Assembly: GCA_020848375.1 (NCBI GenBank)
Contig: JADLAF010000022.1
Coordinates: forward strand, 10,663-74,662
Source: Ignavibacteriaceae bacterium
GTDB taxonomy: Bacteria; Bacteroidota; Ignavibacteria; Ignavibacteriales; Ignavibacteriaceae
Direction: 5' to 3'
Length of the DNA stretch: 64,000 nt
The position numbers were made by a program, and so were the translations under genes. Below, one piece after another: positions 9,866 through 19,900 of this stretch (positions are counted from its first letter, which is position 1; every line of letters starts with the position of its first letter). Below the pieces are notes generated by a model, which saw only the letters and a list, made by a program, of their open reading frames with translations, was not told the DNA's origin and did no database searches.

Positions 9866-11137
9866 CTATCTGGCATAAAAATCAATCATATCAGAAATTG
9901 CCTTAGAACAAACAGGACAAAAATTATCTACAGAGATAGATTTCATGGTACAATCCATTCTTGGTCTGAAAATTCCTTTTGCTGCATATCCTCCACCCTC
10001 AAAAGCTCCGAGAATTTCTTCATTCCCCTCAACAGCAGGAGTTGGTATTGGGGTACCAGGTTTAACCATGCTTTTCCATTTTTTATCAAAATCAACCAGT
10101 GTGGTTACATTTGCCTCAAGTGGTTCAATATCAACTGGATAAAACTCATTATATGCAACATCACTGGTGTAATATTCATCCGCGAGAGAGGCAAATCCAT
10201 GACCAAATTCGTGAACAAAAATATACTCTTCAGACTGATTATTGTTAATACATACTGAATAATGGTTATAAATAGCACCTCCACCATATTTACTGCTGTT
10301 GACCAGAACAAATATCTGATCGTAAGGAACGTTTGAAGCAGCATCACGAACAGCAAAAAATGACTCAGTCATCAGATAGCGCTCTACATCAAATGTGTAA
10401 AACGAACTGCCCAGAGCCGTGTTTCTATAAACACCCGGTTTTGGAATATCTGTCCCCATTTCCCCGGAAATTACTTTTACTGCCCATATATTAAAATCAT
10501 TTTTTCTTACCTTATAAGGAGAAGAGTTAAACAAATAATCCTTAAACTTCTCACAATCAGATTCAAACTTTCCCATATCGTCAGCAGTATATCCTTCTGC
10601 GAGAATAACGATGTCAACTTTTCTGTGGTGATCACCTGAATAGTGAATCTTCATTGTATCAAATGGCATTCTTTGGTCTTTTACAATAAAATAATTTGCC
10701 GGATCAATCTCGAAAGTATATCTTTCGTGAAGTTTATTTCTTCGGTCTCTGGTGTAAAACTTTACAACTACCGGAAATTTAGGATATGGCGTTACGACAC
10801 TTTCCTCAAAGGCCTTTGTAATTTTTTTTGACTCATCTGTTGTCTGCCATTCGCTGAAAAGTGAAGCGTAGTGCCTTGAATAAATCAGTTTCCCTGAAGT
10901 TTTATCAAGAATTTCGACTTTATATTTACCGAAATTAAAGGTATCAAGTAGATTAACGAGTGATCCGCCCCAGTAAGGTTCTTCCCGCAGTTCCTTCAAA
11001 AAGTACGTGTCCTCAGCGGCATTGCCTGCATGGATATAATCTATACGAAGTGTTTTGTCCTCAAAATACTTTCCAAACTCCGATTGTGAATATGAAATTG
11101 TGTTCAAAATCAGTGATAAGAGAATTATTAATCTCAT
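9866..11137 (-). CDS. Secreted M64-family (IgA-peptidase-like) zinc metallopeptidase
   Basis: 423 aa with signal peptide MRLIILLSLILNTISYSQ. It has the HEFGHGFASLADEY zinc motif and the characteristic M64 N-terminal domain. Confidence 0.75.
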   Translation of the reverse strand: MRLIILLSLILNTISYSQSEFGKYFEDKTLRIDYIHAGNAAEDTYFLKELREEPYWGGSLVNLLDTFNFGKYKVEILDKTSGKLIYSRHYASLFSEWQTTDESKKITKAFEESVVTPYPKFPVVVKFYTRDRRNKLHERYTFEIDPANYFIVKDQRMPFDTMKIHYSGDHHRKVDIVILAEGYTADDMGKFESDCEKFKDYLFNSSPYKVRKNDFNIWAVKVISGEMGTDIPKPGVYRNTALGSSFYTFDVERYLMTESFFAVRDAASNVPYDQIFVLVNSSKYGGGAIYNHYSVCINNNQSEEYIFVHEFGHGFASLADEYYTSDVAYNEFYPVDIEPLEANVTTLVDFDKKWKSMVKPGTPIPTPAVEGNEEILGAFEGGGYAAKGIFRPRMDCTMKSISVDNFCPVCSKAISDMIDFYAR

Positions 11138-12264
11138 TCAGGTTCCTTTTTGATATAAACAGTTCTAGTGGGGAAGGCAAAACTGAAGCCGCGCTCATTT
11201 AATTCATTATATATTTTTTCTCTTAGATTACAGCCAAGATCAAAAGCATGTCTGTAATCGGGAGTTTTAACATCTAATCTCATAAGAATAGACGAATCTT
11301 CAAATCTGAGGAAAACTACTTCTGGTTTCGGCTCCGTGGCTATATGGGGCTCATCTTTAATTAGTTCAAGAATTGTGCTTCTGAGACTGTTAACATCAGT
11401 CCCATAAACAACACCGAATTCGACCAAAACTCTTGTATAGGGATCCGGATAGGTAAAATTAACAATCCGTGATTTCACAATATCGTTGTTCGGAATAACC
11501 AGGATATTTCTGTCGAAATCCAAAACTTTAGTGCTTCTTATACCTATTTCAATAACATCTCCGTTTATTTCAGTACCAATTCTGATTCTGTCACCTATCC
11601 TGAACGGGCGGTCGGCCATTATAATTAAGCCGGAGATCATATTCGAAAGTGTCTCCTGAGCAGCCAGCGCGACAGCGAGGGAACCAACACCAAGTGAAAC
11701 AACAAATGCTGATATATCAACTCCCAGTTTTGCGAGAATGATCACAACTGCAAGTGCAGTTATCAGCAGTTTAGATAGTTTTCTGAAAAGCGGAAAAATA
11801 CTGCCGTATAGATTATTATTTTCTTCTGCTTTAATTGATTCGGCATACCAGTCAAACGCCAGACTGATAACCTGGAAAATGGTAATGAGAACAGTTATGG
11901 CGAGAATTAGATACAGTGCAATTTCAAGATAATCAGCGATCTGATAAAGATAGGGATACTCTTCAATTAGCTTCCGCTTTGAATAGTTAGAGACGAGCCC
12001 AAAGCCCTGTCTGAACATTGAAAGTGCGAAATAGATACCCCCGACAAACAGAAGGCGTGATAAACCTTTTCGGACTACTTCAAGAATTTTATCATCAAAT
12101 TGTGTTTCTGTTTTCTTAACTATTGGTCGAATAAGCATTTTGCCAATGTAACTAATCAGACGAGCTAACCCATACGAAACAATGATGATTATAACGGAAA
12201 TGATGATCTGATAAATAAGATCATCACCAACAAATGCCCTGAAGTTTTTTAATAAATCTTTCAT
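11134..12264 (-). CDS. Mechanosensitive ion channel (MscS family)
   Basis: 376 aa with several N-terminal TM helices. The MscS core motif is SNMISGLIIMADRPFRIGDRIRIG. It overlaps both neighbouring genes by 4 nt. Confidence 0.85.
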   Translation of the reverse strand: MKDLLKNFRAFVGDDLIYQIIISVIIIIVSYGLARLISYIGKMLIRPIVKKTETQFDDKILEVVRKGLSRLLFVGGIYFALSMFRQGFGLVSNYSKRKLIEEYPYLYQIADYLEIALYLILAITVLITIFQVISLAFDWYAESIKAEENNNLYGSIFPLFRKLSKLLITALAVVIILAKLGVDISAFVVSLGVGSLAVALAAQETLSNMISGLIIMADRPFRIGDRIRIGTEINGDVIEIGIRSTKVLDFDRNILVIPNNDIVKSRIVNFTYPDPYTRVLVEFGVVYGTDVNSLRSTILELIKDEPHIATEPKPEVVFLRFEDSSILMRLDVKTPDYRHAFDLGCNLREKIYNELNERGFSFAFPTRTVYIKKEPE

Positions 12265-12845
12265 TGAGTAAATTTCCGCGAACCTGGTTTTACCAATGGC
12301 TCCCCTTTTTTACATAACGGACATACATGGCTGTCGAACGCAATTACCTCAATTTGGACAGCGCCGATCTGCGGAACACCAAACTGAACTTTACCGTTGC
12401 TGCGGTCAACAAGAAATCCTACACCTGCCAATTTTGCACCGGCATCTTTAACGATATTTATTACCTCCATAACTGAACCGCCTGTTGTTACAACATCTTC
12501 ACACACGAGATAATTTTCACCGGCTTTAATATCAAATCCTCTTCTCAATTTAAAAACACCGTCTTCCCTTTCGGCAAATATGAATTTCTTATTAAGCTGC
12601 CTTGCTACTTCGTACCCAACAATGATTCCCCCCATTGCCGGAGCTATCACCCCATCAACAGGTATATGACGGAAATAATCAGAAATATTAAGACAAATCT
12701 GCCTTGTGTAATCAGGATATTGCAGTACTTTTGCACACTGAAAATATGATGCACTGTGTTTACCCGAAGTCAAAAGGAAATGACCGCTGAGCAGAGCTTC
12801 TGCCTTTCTAAAAAAATCTAACGCCTGTTCCTGTGTTATTGCCAT
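12261..12845 (-). CDS. pyrE: Orotate phosphoribosyltransferase
   Basis: 194 aa. It has GHFLLTSGKHSASYF and the PRPP-binding loop LVCEDVVTTGGS. Confidence 0.85.
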   Translation of the reverse strand: MAITQEQALDFFRKAEALLSGHFLLTSGKHSASYFQCAKVLQYPDYTRQICLNISDYFRHIPVDGVIAPAMGGIIVGYEVARQLNKKFIFAEREDGVFKLRRGFDIKAGENYLVCEDVVTTGGSVMEVINIVKDAGAKLAGVGFLVDRSNGKVQFGVPQIGAVQIEVIAFDSHVCPLCKKGEPLVKPGSRKFTQ

Positions 12846-12847
12846 AA

Positions 12848-13132
12848 TTACTTCCTGTAAATTTCTTCAATAATTCCCGCGAGTCTGGTATCAGCAGTTG
12901 TAACAGCATTTCCGGAATGAGTATATAAAACCATCTTCACTTTATTCCAGCTATATAATGAAAAATCAGGATGATGATCCATTTTTTCAGCTTCCACTGA
13001 AACTTTATATAAGAAAGAAAATGCAGTAACAAAGTCAGCAAACTGATACTCCCTGACCAACCGGCCACTCTCATCAGTCTGCCAGTCAGTGAATTCAGCC
13101 AGCCATTCCTGCAGCATCGTATTTTGAGTCAT
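12848..13132 (-). CDS. 4a-hydroxytetrahydrobiopterin (pterin-4a-carbinolamine) dehydratase
   Basis: 94 aa with the PCD-family motif HHPD followed by ...V...L.THS (DHHPDFSLYSWNKVKMVLYTHS). Confidence 0.8.
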   Translation of the reverse strand: MTQNTMLQEWLAEFTDWQTDESGRLVREYQFADFVTAFSFLYKVSVEAEKMDHHPDFSLYSWNKVKMVLYTHSGNAVTTADTRLAGIIEEIYRK

Positions 13133-13156
13133 ATATATTTACCTGCTTCACTTTAA

Positions 13157-13191
13157 TAAAAAAAGGCGTATTCATGCAAAGTAAATACGCC
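13157..13191 (-). terminator. Rho-independent terminator after clpC
   Basis: On the minus strand, the stem GGCGTATT/AATACGCC (13165-13172 pairs with 13184-13191) is followed by a T8 run (plus-strand A-run 13157-13164). Confidence 0.65.
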
Positions 13192-13238
13192 TTTATAACT
13201 CTCTGTAATAAATTACGAACCAGATCAGCCCTTAATAA

Positions 13239-15740
13239 TCAGGACTTTTCTTCGGTTTCAGCCGGACTTTCCTCAACCGGATCCGACTCAACAAAGGCAA
13301 GCCGCTCACTCCCTTCAAGGTATTTCGCAATAATTTTACTGCCTTCCTTAAAGTTTGAGAGTAAAATTTCTTCAGCAAGAGGATCTTCTATATATTGCTG
13401 AATGGCTCTTCTAAGAGGTCTTGCTCCAAATTTCGGATCATATCCTTTGGATGCAACAAATTCCTTTGCAGGGTCTTCAAGTAAAAGCTTCATCTTGTTT
13501 TCCTTGATATTGTTCATCAGGTCCTTTACCTCAATATCAATGATTTTAAGAATGTCTTCCTTTTCGAGACTTCTGAAAACGATAGTTTCATCCAGCCGAT
13601 TCAAAAATTCAGGACTAAACAAACGGCGCATTGCATCTTCAACCGTATTTTTCATACTGGTGTATTGATCATCAGTACCGGTCTGATTAAATCCAAAAGA
13701 ACTGATCATCTTAATATCTCTCGCACCTACATTTGAGGTCATTATAATAATCGTGTTTTTAAAGTCAACCTTACGACCAAGACTATCAGTTAATATTCCT
13801 TCATCAAGAACCTGGAGAAGAATGCCAAAAATATCAGGATGTGCTTTTTCGATTTCATCAAACAGAACAACGGAATAGGGTTTTCTTCTGACCTTCTCAG
13901 TTAGCTGACCACCTTCTTCATAACCAACATAACCGGGAGGGGCTCCTACCAGACGGCTGACAGCGAACTTTTCCATATATTCACTCATATCAATTTTAAT
14001 CAGAGCATTTTCTGAATCAAAAAGATACTTCGCTAAAACTTTGCAGAGCTCAGTTTTACCAACACCTGTCGGACCAAGAAAAAAGAAACTTCCAATAGGA
14101 CGGTTTGGTGATTTAAGTCCTGCTCTTGCGCGGCGTATGGATCTGGTGAGTTTTGAAACCGCTTCATCCTGACCAATGATCTGCCCTTTGAGCGCGCTTT
14201 CCATTTTGATGATTTTATCAGTTTCAGTTTGCGCAACTCTGTTAACAGGTATTCCTGTCATCATTGCGACAACCGTTGCTATATCATCTTCAGTCACATC
14301 ATAAACAATGTCTTTAGACTTAATGTCCCATTCCCGTTTGGCGGTTTCAAGATCCATCTGAAGTTTACGCTCCTTATCGCGGAGCTTTGCTGCTTCTTCG
14401 TAGTCCTGTCTCTTCACAACGCTTGCTTTGTCCAGACGGACAGCATCTATTTCATTTTCGAGAACAATAATATCTTCTGGTACTTTAAAGTTACCCATGT
14501 GAACACGGGAACCCGCTTCATCAAGTACATCAATTGCCTTATCCGGTAAATGTCTGTCTGTTATATACCTGTTACTCAGTTTTACCGCAGACTCAATTGA
14601 GTCATCTGAATACTTAACATGATGATGCTCTTCGTATTTAAACTTGATATTATTCAAAATCTGAATAGTTTCTTCATAACTTGGCGGATCAACCATTACT
14701 TTCTGAAACCTGCGGTCAAGAGCGCCGTCTGTTTCTATATACTTGCGGTATTCATCAAGAGTAGTGGCACCGATGCACTGTATATCACCTCTTGCGAGCG
14801 CGGGTTTAAACATATTTGAGGCATCAAGAGAACCCGATGCACCGCCGGCACCAACGATGGTATGGAGTTCGTCAATAAATAATATAATATCTTTTGCTTT
14901 TTCAAGCTCATTCATCAGAGCTTTCATTCGCTCTTCAAACTGACCACGGTATTTTGTGCCTGCAACAAGACCTGCCAGATCAAGTGTTACAACTCTTTTG
15001 TCCTGCAGGATTCGTGGCACTTTTTTCTGAATGATCCGAATAGCGAGTCCCTCAGCGATGGCAGTTTTCCCCACACCTGGTTCACCGATCAGAACCGGAT
15101 TGTTCTTCTTTCTGCGGCTGAGAATCTGCGCAACACGTTCAATTTCTTTTTCGCGCCCCACAACAGGGTCTAATTTGTCATCAATCGCCAGTTTGGTCAA
15201 GTCTCTGCCAAAATTATCAAGCACCGGAGTCTTGGTTTTATCCTGCTTTTTTTCTTGCGGATTTTGTGGTGCAACCGCTCCGCGACCTGGTTCTTTTGGC
15301 TCCCTTCCGGAGAGCATATTACTTAACTCATTGCGGGCAGAATCGTAATTAATGCTGAATTGCACCAGAATCTGAGTAGCCAGATTATCCTCATCCCTTA
15401 GGAGGGAAAGCAACAAATGTTCAGTACCAATAACGTCCGCTTTGTAAATTTTCGCTTCAATCTGTGTAATTTTAAGGACTTTTTCTGCCTGTTTGGTCAG
15501 CGGAATATTTCCGAGAGTTAACGTGCCGCCGCTGGTTCTGACTGATTCTTCAACAGCTTTTTTGAGTCTGAGAAGATCACAGTCAAGGTTTTTAAGGATT
15601 CTAATAGCCACACCCTGCCCCTCGCGGATGAGTCCGAGAAGGAGGTGTTCCGTTCCAATATAATCGTGTCCGAGCCGTAATGCCTCTTCCCTGCTGAGCC
15701 GAATTACATCCTGTAATCTGTCAGAGAAATTGCCTTCCAT
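13239..15740 (-). CDS. clpC: ATP-dependent Clp protease ATP-binding subunit ClpC (class I AAA+ unfoldase)
   Basis: 833 aa. It has a double Clp_N repeat, two Walker A sites ([16 protein letters not shown]), a UVR-like linker ([13 protein letters not shown]), and a short middle domain typical of ClpC rather than ClpB. Confidence 0.9.
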   Translation of the reverse strand: MEGNFSDRLQDVIRLSREEALRLGHDYIGTEHLLLGLIREGQGVAIRILKNLDCDLLRLKKAVEESVRTSGGTLTLGNIPLTKQAEKVLKITQIEAKIYKADVIGTEHLLLSLLRDEDNLATQILVQFSINYDSARNELSNMLSGREPKEPGRGAVAPQNPQEKKQDKTKTPVLDNFGRDLTKLAIDDKLDPVVGREKEIERVAQILSRRKKNNPVLIGEPGVGKTAIAEGLAIRIIQKKVPRILQDKRVVTLDLAGLVAGTKYRGQFEERMKALMNELEKAKDIILFIDELHTIVGAGGASGSLDASNMFKPALARGDIQCIGATTLDEYRKYIETDGALDRRFQKVMVDPPSYEETIQILNNIKFKYEEHHHVKYSDDSIESAVKLSNRYITDRHLPDKAIDVLDEAGSRVHMGNFKVPEDIIVLENEIDAVRLDKASVVKRQDYEEAAKLRDKERKLQMDLETAKREWDIKSKDIVYDVTEDDIATVVAMMTGIPVNRVAQTETDKIIKMESALKGQIIGQDEAVSKLTRSIRRARAGLKSPNRPIGSFFFLGPTGVGKTELCKVLAKYLFDSENALIKIDMSEYMEKFAVSRLVGAPPGYVGYEEGGQLTEKVRRKPYSVVLFDEIEKAHPDIFGILLQVLDEGILTDSLGRKVDFKNTIIIMTSNVGARDIKMISSFGFNQTGTDDQYTSMKNTVEDAMRRLFSPEFLNRLDETIVFRSLEKEDILKIIDIEVKDLMNNIKENKMKLLLEDPAKEFVASKGYDPKFGARPLRRAIQQYIEDPLAEEILLSNFKEGSKIIAKYLEGSERLAFVESDPVEESPAETEEKS

Positions 15741-15904
15741 GTATTCTTTTTCCTGTTCTTAGAGTAAAATCTGCTAATATAAAATCTTGATTCTGTAGTA
15801 AAAATATATCAAAATCTGATGCCAATCAAGGGACTAAAAATGAATGTAGAAAAGATTTGCGTATTTCCTTTCATATTCTATTAGTAAAACCACTCCTGTT
15901 TCAT

Positions 15905-15912
15905 TAAATTTG
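15905..15912 (+). promoter_or_regulatory. Candidate -7 box (TAAATTTG) upstream of floA
   Basis: An exact TAAATTTG lies 25 nt upstream of the floA ATG. The -33 element is weak (TTAG at N20). Confidence 0.3.
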
Positions 15913-15936
15913 TGCCATTCACAAAAGGAGTTGTTT

Positions 15937-16932
15937 ATGGATATCACTGAATTCGCAGCCGAATTTTCGCTTGTCGCGATTGTTTTGCTTGTATTCCTAA
16001 TCATATTATTTTTCTATTTCGTTCCCGTCGGGTTGTATATCACGGCGTTTTTCTCAGGTGTTAAGGTCAAAATAGGCCGCGACCTTATAGGTATGCGCTT
16101 CCGTAAAGTACCGCCTCACGTAATCGTCCGTGCAAAAATCACCGCAACCAAGGCAGGTATTGACTTGGATATCGGCAAACTCGAAGCTCACTATATGGCT
16201 GGCGGAAATGTGGACAAAGTAGTTAACGCTCTGATCTCAGCCGATAAGGCGAACATTGCGCTTTCCTTTGAACGCGCCACAGCAATTGATCTGGCCGGCA
16301 GAGACGTTCTTGAAGCCGTAAAAATGTCTGTACTCCCACGAGTAGTTGAAACCCCGTTAGTAGCCGCAATGGCAAAAGACGGAATTCAGCTAAAAGCAAT
16401 CGCCCGAATCACCCTCAGAGCGAATATCGAGCGTCTGGTAGGCGGTGCCGGTGAAGCGACAATTCTCGCCCGTGTGGGTGAAGGTATCGTCTCGACCATA
16501 GGTTCAAGCGATAGCCACAAGCACGTGCTCGAAAACCCCGATTCAATCTCAAAAGTAGTACTCGGTAAAGGATTAGACGCTGGAACTGCCTTCGAGATTC
16601 TTTCCATTGATATTGCTGATGTGGACGTTGGCGAAAATATCGGGGCAAAACTGCAGACTGATCAGGCAGAAGCTGACCTTAAGATTGCCCGCGCCCGCGC
16701 AGAGGAAAGAAGAGCCGCAGCAGTCGCGCTCGATCAGGAAATGGTCGCTGAAGTTTCCAGACAAAGAGCCAAAGTTATCGAGGCAGAAGCTGAAATTCCC
16801 AGAGCAATTGCGGATGCATTTAAGTCTGGTAATTTAGGTATAATGGACTATTACAATCTCCGTAACGTCCAGGCAGACACCCAAATGAGAGAGGCGATTG
16901 CAAAACCGGAAGAGAGAAAAGGTAAAGAATAA
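15937..16932 (+). CDS. floA: Flotillin-like protein FloA (SPFH/UPF0365 family)
   Basis: The N-terminal TM is followed by the conserved FloA block [28 protein letters not shown]. The C-terminus is Ala/Glu-rich coiled coil. I prefer the ATG at 15937, 7 nt after an AAGGAG RBS, over the TTG at 15910 used by the ORF track. Confidence 0.85.
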   Translation: MDITEFAAEFSLVAIVLLVFLIILFFYFVPVGLYITAFFSGVKVKIGRDLIGMRFRKVPPHVIVRAKITATKAGIDLDIGKLEAHYMAGGNVDKVVNALISADKANIALSFERATAIDLAGRDVLEAVKMSVLPRVVETPLVAAMAKDGIQLKAIARITLRANIERLVGGAGEATILARVGEGIVSTIGSSDSHKHVLENPDSISKVVLGKGLDAGTAFEILSIDIADVDVGENIGAKLQTDQAEADLKIARARAEERRAAAVALDQEMVAEVSRQRAKVIEAEAEIPRAIADAFKSGNLGIMDYYNLRNVQADTQMREAIAKPEERKGKE

Positions 16933-17513
16933 TGGACGACATTATTCAATACCTGATTTACGGTCTTATTTTCTACTACTTTTTTCTTGGTGGTAAGAAA
17001 AAGAAGCCTGCTGAGAAGAAACCTGAACCGCAAAACTACCCGAGGGAACAGACTTCTCATACCGATCAGAATATAGAATATCACACGGAACCGGTCTCTT
17101 CACAGCAGCCCGGTTCTGATGATCTTCTTAAAGAAGTCGAAAAAATACTGGGTCTTCCCCCAAGACCCGAAACCACCAGAGCGGAAATGCCCGAGATGAG
17201 AAGAAAGTCAGCCGAACCTGTAATAAGACCACCGGCTAAGGTTTACCGTCAAGAAGATTTCGCATCAAAAATAAGTAAGATTCCAACCAGGGCTAAAGCA
17301 GACGACAATTATGAAAATGATCCCAGTATGCCGTTTGTACACAAGATTCTGACTTATGATTATGATGTAATTCCCTCACGTGGCGGGACGGGTGTCCCTT
17401 TTAATTTCGCAAAAGATTTAAGGGAAAACCTGAAAAAGAAAAAGAATCTTCAGGAAATGTTCATCTTTTCGGAAATCATAAATCGTCCGGGCAGACATCG
17501 CAGACTTCGTTGA
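16932..17513 (+). CDS. Hypothetical single-pass membrane protein, Lys/Pro-rich linker
   Basis: 193 aa with an N-terminal TM (IIQYLIYGLIFYYFFLGG) followed by KKKKPAEKKPEPQ. No family is recognised. The start overlaps the floA stop (TAATG) and the stop overlaps the helicase start (TTGA). Confidence 0.55.
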   Translation: MDDIIQYLIYGLIFYYFFLGGKKKKPAEKKPEPQNYPREQTSHTDQNIEYHTEPVSSQQPGSDDLLKEVEKILGLPPRPETTRAEMPEMRRKSAEPVIRPPAKVYRQEDFASKISKIPTRAKADDNYENDPSMPFVHKILTYDYDVIPSRGGTGVPFNFAKDLRENLKKKKNLQEMFIFSEIINRPGRHRRLR

Positions 17514-19516
17514 AAAAATATACCCTTAAAAGGATTTCCGGTCAGACGGGCTCCATCAGCCAGCAGCTTGATGAAGCCCGTTTTACTATAAACTATAAGA
17601 ATCTCCTTAACCCGGCACAATTCGAAGCAGCTTCAGCTCTCGACGGTCCATATCTGATAATTGCAGGTGCCGGAACGGGCAAGACCCGGACTTTGGTTTA
17701 TCGGTTAGCCCGGTTGATTGAGTCCGGTTATGACCCCAAAAGCATCTTGCTCCTCACATTTACACGTAAAGCTGCAAAGGAGATGCTCACCCGTGCAACT
17801 CAGCTTCTTGACCATCGCTGTTCACATGTGAATGGCGGTACTTTCCATTCATTCGCAAATCTGCTGATGAGAAAATATGCTGGGGCAATGGGAATTCAGA
17901 GCAATTTTACGATTCTTGATCAGGGAGACAGCGAAGATGTAATTAATCTTTTGAGAACACAGTCAGGAGTGGTTTCAAAGGATAAAAGATTTCCAAATAA
18001 ATCAACTCTTTTCCGAATTTTAAGTCTCAGTTTAAATACATATAAAAGTGTTGATCAGATAATTATTGAGGAGTTTCCCCACTTCATTAATGAACTTGAC
18101 AAAATCTTCACCATCGGTGAAAAATATATCGAATACAAAAGAAAGAATAATCTTTTTGATTATGATGATCTTTTGATCTTTGCAAGAGACTTTCTGCTTT
18201 CGGGCTCCCCTGCTTCCCGTTCCTTTCTTGATTCCATTAATTTTGTGATGATTGATGAATATCAGGACACAAACAAGCTGCAGGCAGAACTAGTGCGCGG
18301 GCTGACTTCATTGAAAAAAAATATCATGGTTGTTGGTGACGATGCCCAGTCAATATATTCATTCCGGGGTGCTAATTTTCAAAATATTATGGAGTTCCCT
18401 GAGCAGTATCCGGGGACTAAAGTAATATTGCTGGAGGAAAACTACCGCAGCACGCAGAATATCCTTAACTTTGCAAATCGTATATACGAAGGCGCGTCAG
18501 AAAAATTTGATAAAGAGCTTTTCACCCACAGAACCGGAGGAAGCTCCCCTCTGATTGTTGCAGCTATCAATGATAAAATGCAGTCTCACTTTATCGTCGA
18601 TCAGATACTTGAGCTCAGGGAACAGGGCGTTTCCCTTACTGATATTGCAGTTCTTTTCAGATCTTCCTACTTCTCATTTGATCTTGAGCTTGAGCTAACC
18701 AAAGCAAATATACCTTACGTAAAGTTCGGCGGAATGAAATTTGTTGAAACTGCACATATAAAAGATGTTCTCGCTTTCCTGCGCATAAGTGTAAACTCAA
18801 CAGATTATGTAAGCTGGTACCGTATATTGCTGCTGCATGAAGGTGTTGGTCCCCGTTCTGCTGAAAAAATAATTGCAGAGTTAAACAACGGAGCCCTGAG
18901 TATAGAACGTGAGCCGGAACGTCAGAAAATGCGCCACGGTGATACAATTTATAACCTGCTGCTGATGTTCTTTAAACTTATCCGCACGCAGGAAACCCCC
19001 GAACAAAAAGTTGACCATATCCTGCAGTACTATTACCCTTTGTTCAAAGCTAAGTATGATGATTACAACAAGCGTTTAAAAGACCTTGAGTTCCTGACCA
19101 ACATGGCTTCACAGTATCAGTCCCCCGAATCTTTTTTGAGTGATCTTGCCATTGAACCGCCTGTTGACAGTGTGACCGATATGGGAGACGAAGACAAAAA
19201 TGATGAATATCTTACCCTTTCAACCATTCATTCAGCAAAAGGGCTTGAGTGGCATTCGGTTTTCGTAATCCATGTGCTTGACGGGCATTTTCCATCTTCA
19301 CGAAATGGTGAAAAACTGGAAGCACTTGATGAAGAACGACGGCTGATGTATGTAGCCGTGACAAGAGCTAAAAATAATTTATACCTTAGCTACCCTATGA
19401 ATATCTATGACAGGGAGTCAGGTACCACTCTTTCCAAGCCCTCAAGGTTTCTTGAGACAATCACACCGGACTTAGCCGAAGGATATCTTATTGACGGAAC
19501 ATCTCTTCTTGAGTAA
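17510..19516 (+). CDS. UvrD/PcrA/Rep-family SF1 ATP-dependent DNA helicase
   Basis: 668 aa. SF1 motifs are AGAGTGKT (Walker A), DEYQDTN, VGDDAQSIYSFRGA, NYRST, TIHSAKGLEW and YVAVTRAK. The TTG start overlaps the upstream stop codon. Confidence 0.85.
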   Translation: MKKYTLKRISGQTGSISQQLDEARFTINYKNLLNPAQFEAASALDGPYLIIAGAGTGKTRTLVYRLARLIESGYDPKSILLLTFTRKAAKEMLTRATQLLDHRCSHVNGGTFHSFANLLMRKYAGAMGIQSNFTILDQGDSEDVINLLRTQSGVVSKDKRFPNKSTLFRILSLSLNTYKSVDQIIIEEFPHFINELDKIFTIGEKYIEYKRKNNLFDYDDLLIFARDFLLSGSPASRSFLDSINFVMIDEYQDTNKLQAELVRGLTSLKKNIMVVGDDAQSIYSFRGANFQNIMEFPEQYPGTKVILLEENYRSTQNILNFANRIYEGASEKFDKELFTHRTGGSSPLIVAAINDKMQSHFIVDQILELREQGVSLTDIAVLFRSSYFSFDLELELTKANIPYVKFGGMKFVETAHIKDVLAFLRISVNSTDYVSWYRILLLHEGVGPRSAEKIIAELNNGALSIEREPERQKMRHGDTIYNLLLMFFKLIRTQETPEQKVDHILQYYYPLFKAKYDDYNKRLKDLEFLTNMASQYQSPESFLSDLAIEPPVDSVTDMGDEDKNDEYLTLSTIHSAKGLEWHSVFVIHVLDGHFPSSRNGEKLEALDEERRLMYVAVTRAKNNLYLSYPMNIYDRESGTTLSKPSRFLETITPDLAEGYLIDGTSLLE

Positions 19517-19773
19517 CCTTAAAATTAACAAAAAGTATCACTAACATTTAATTCGTCTCCCGAAAATAACGGCTATTGTAAAGCTGATACAAACAACTAA
19601 AAACTAAATCGGATATTATCCTTCCCTTGAGATTCTGTGGGCACAAGTATCTATCTGGATTCTCCGGACTTTTACTTTATGACCTCCTTATGTAATTTCT
19701 ACTTCTTATCGCATCCAAAGTTACGGTGATTTTTCTAGGCAAATCTGCGTTGAACTTTTTACGGCATTTTACT

Positions 19774-19801
19774 CCCCCCCCCCCCCCAAAAAAAAAAAAA
19801 A
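19774..19801. repeat. Abutting homopolymers C14 then A14
   Basis: A direct count gives 14 C (19774-19787) immediately followed by 14 A (19788-19801). The tract lies in a 384-bp non-coding gap between convergent genes. Confidence 0.95.
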
Positions 19802-19812
19802 TCTGTTCGAAA

Positions 19813-19840
19813 CAAAAAAGCCCCGGCTGCAAACCAGGGC
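19813..19840 (-). terminator. Rho-independent terminator after the BNR/T9SS protein gene
   Basis: The minus strand reads GCCCTGG-TTTGCAG-CCGGGGC (one G-U pair) followed by TTTTTTG. Confidence 0.55.
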
Positions 19841-19900
19841 TTCTTATAATTATAAAATTAAGAATGAAGAAAAGAATAATTATTCATTTTTAATTCTTCA

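Noticed and set aside
17510-19516. UvrD-like helicase as part of an anti-phage defence system (for example Gabija GajB-like or a helicase-nuclease pair)
   Set aside because: No nuclease, ATPase partner, methylase or other defence-island genes are adjacent. The motifs and size fit a housekeeping PcrA/UvrD/Rep paralogue, and the flanking genes are core functions.
19517-19773. Unannotated 257 bp upstream of the C14A14 tract as an ncRNA gene, pseudogene or IS remnant
   Set aside because: I could not find convincing conserved-looking helices, a tRNA-like or RNase P/SRP/tmRNA/6S signature, terminal inverted repeats, or a decayed reading frame. It stays unexplained rather than annotated.
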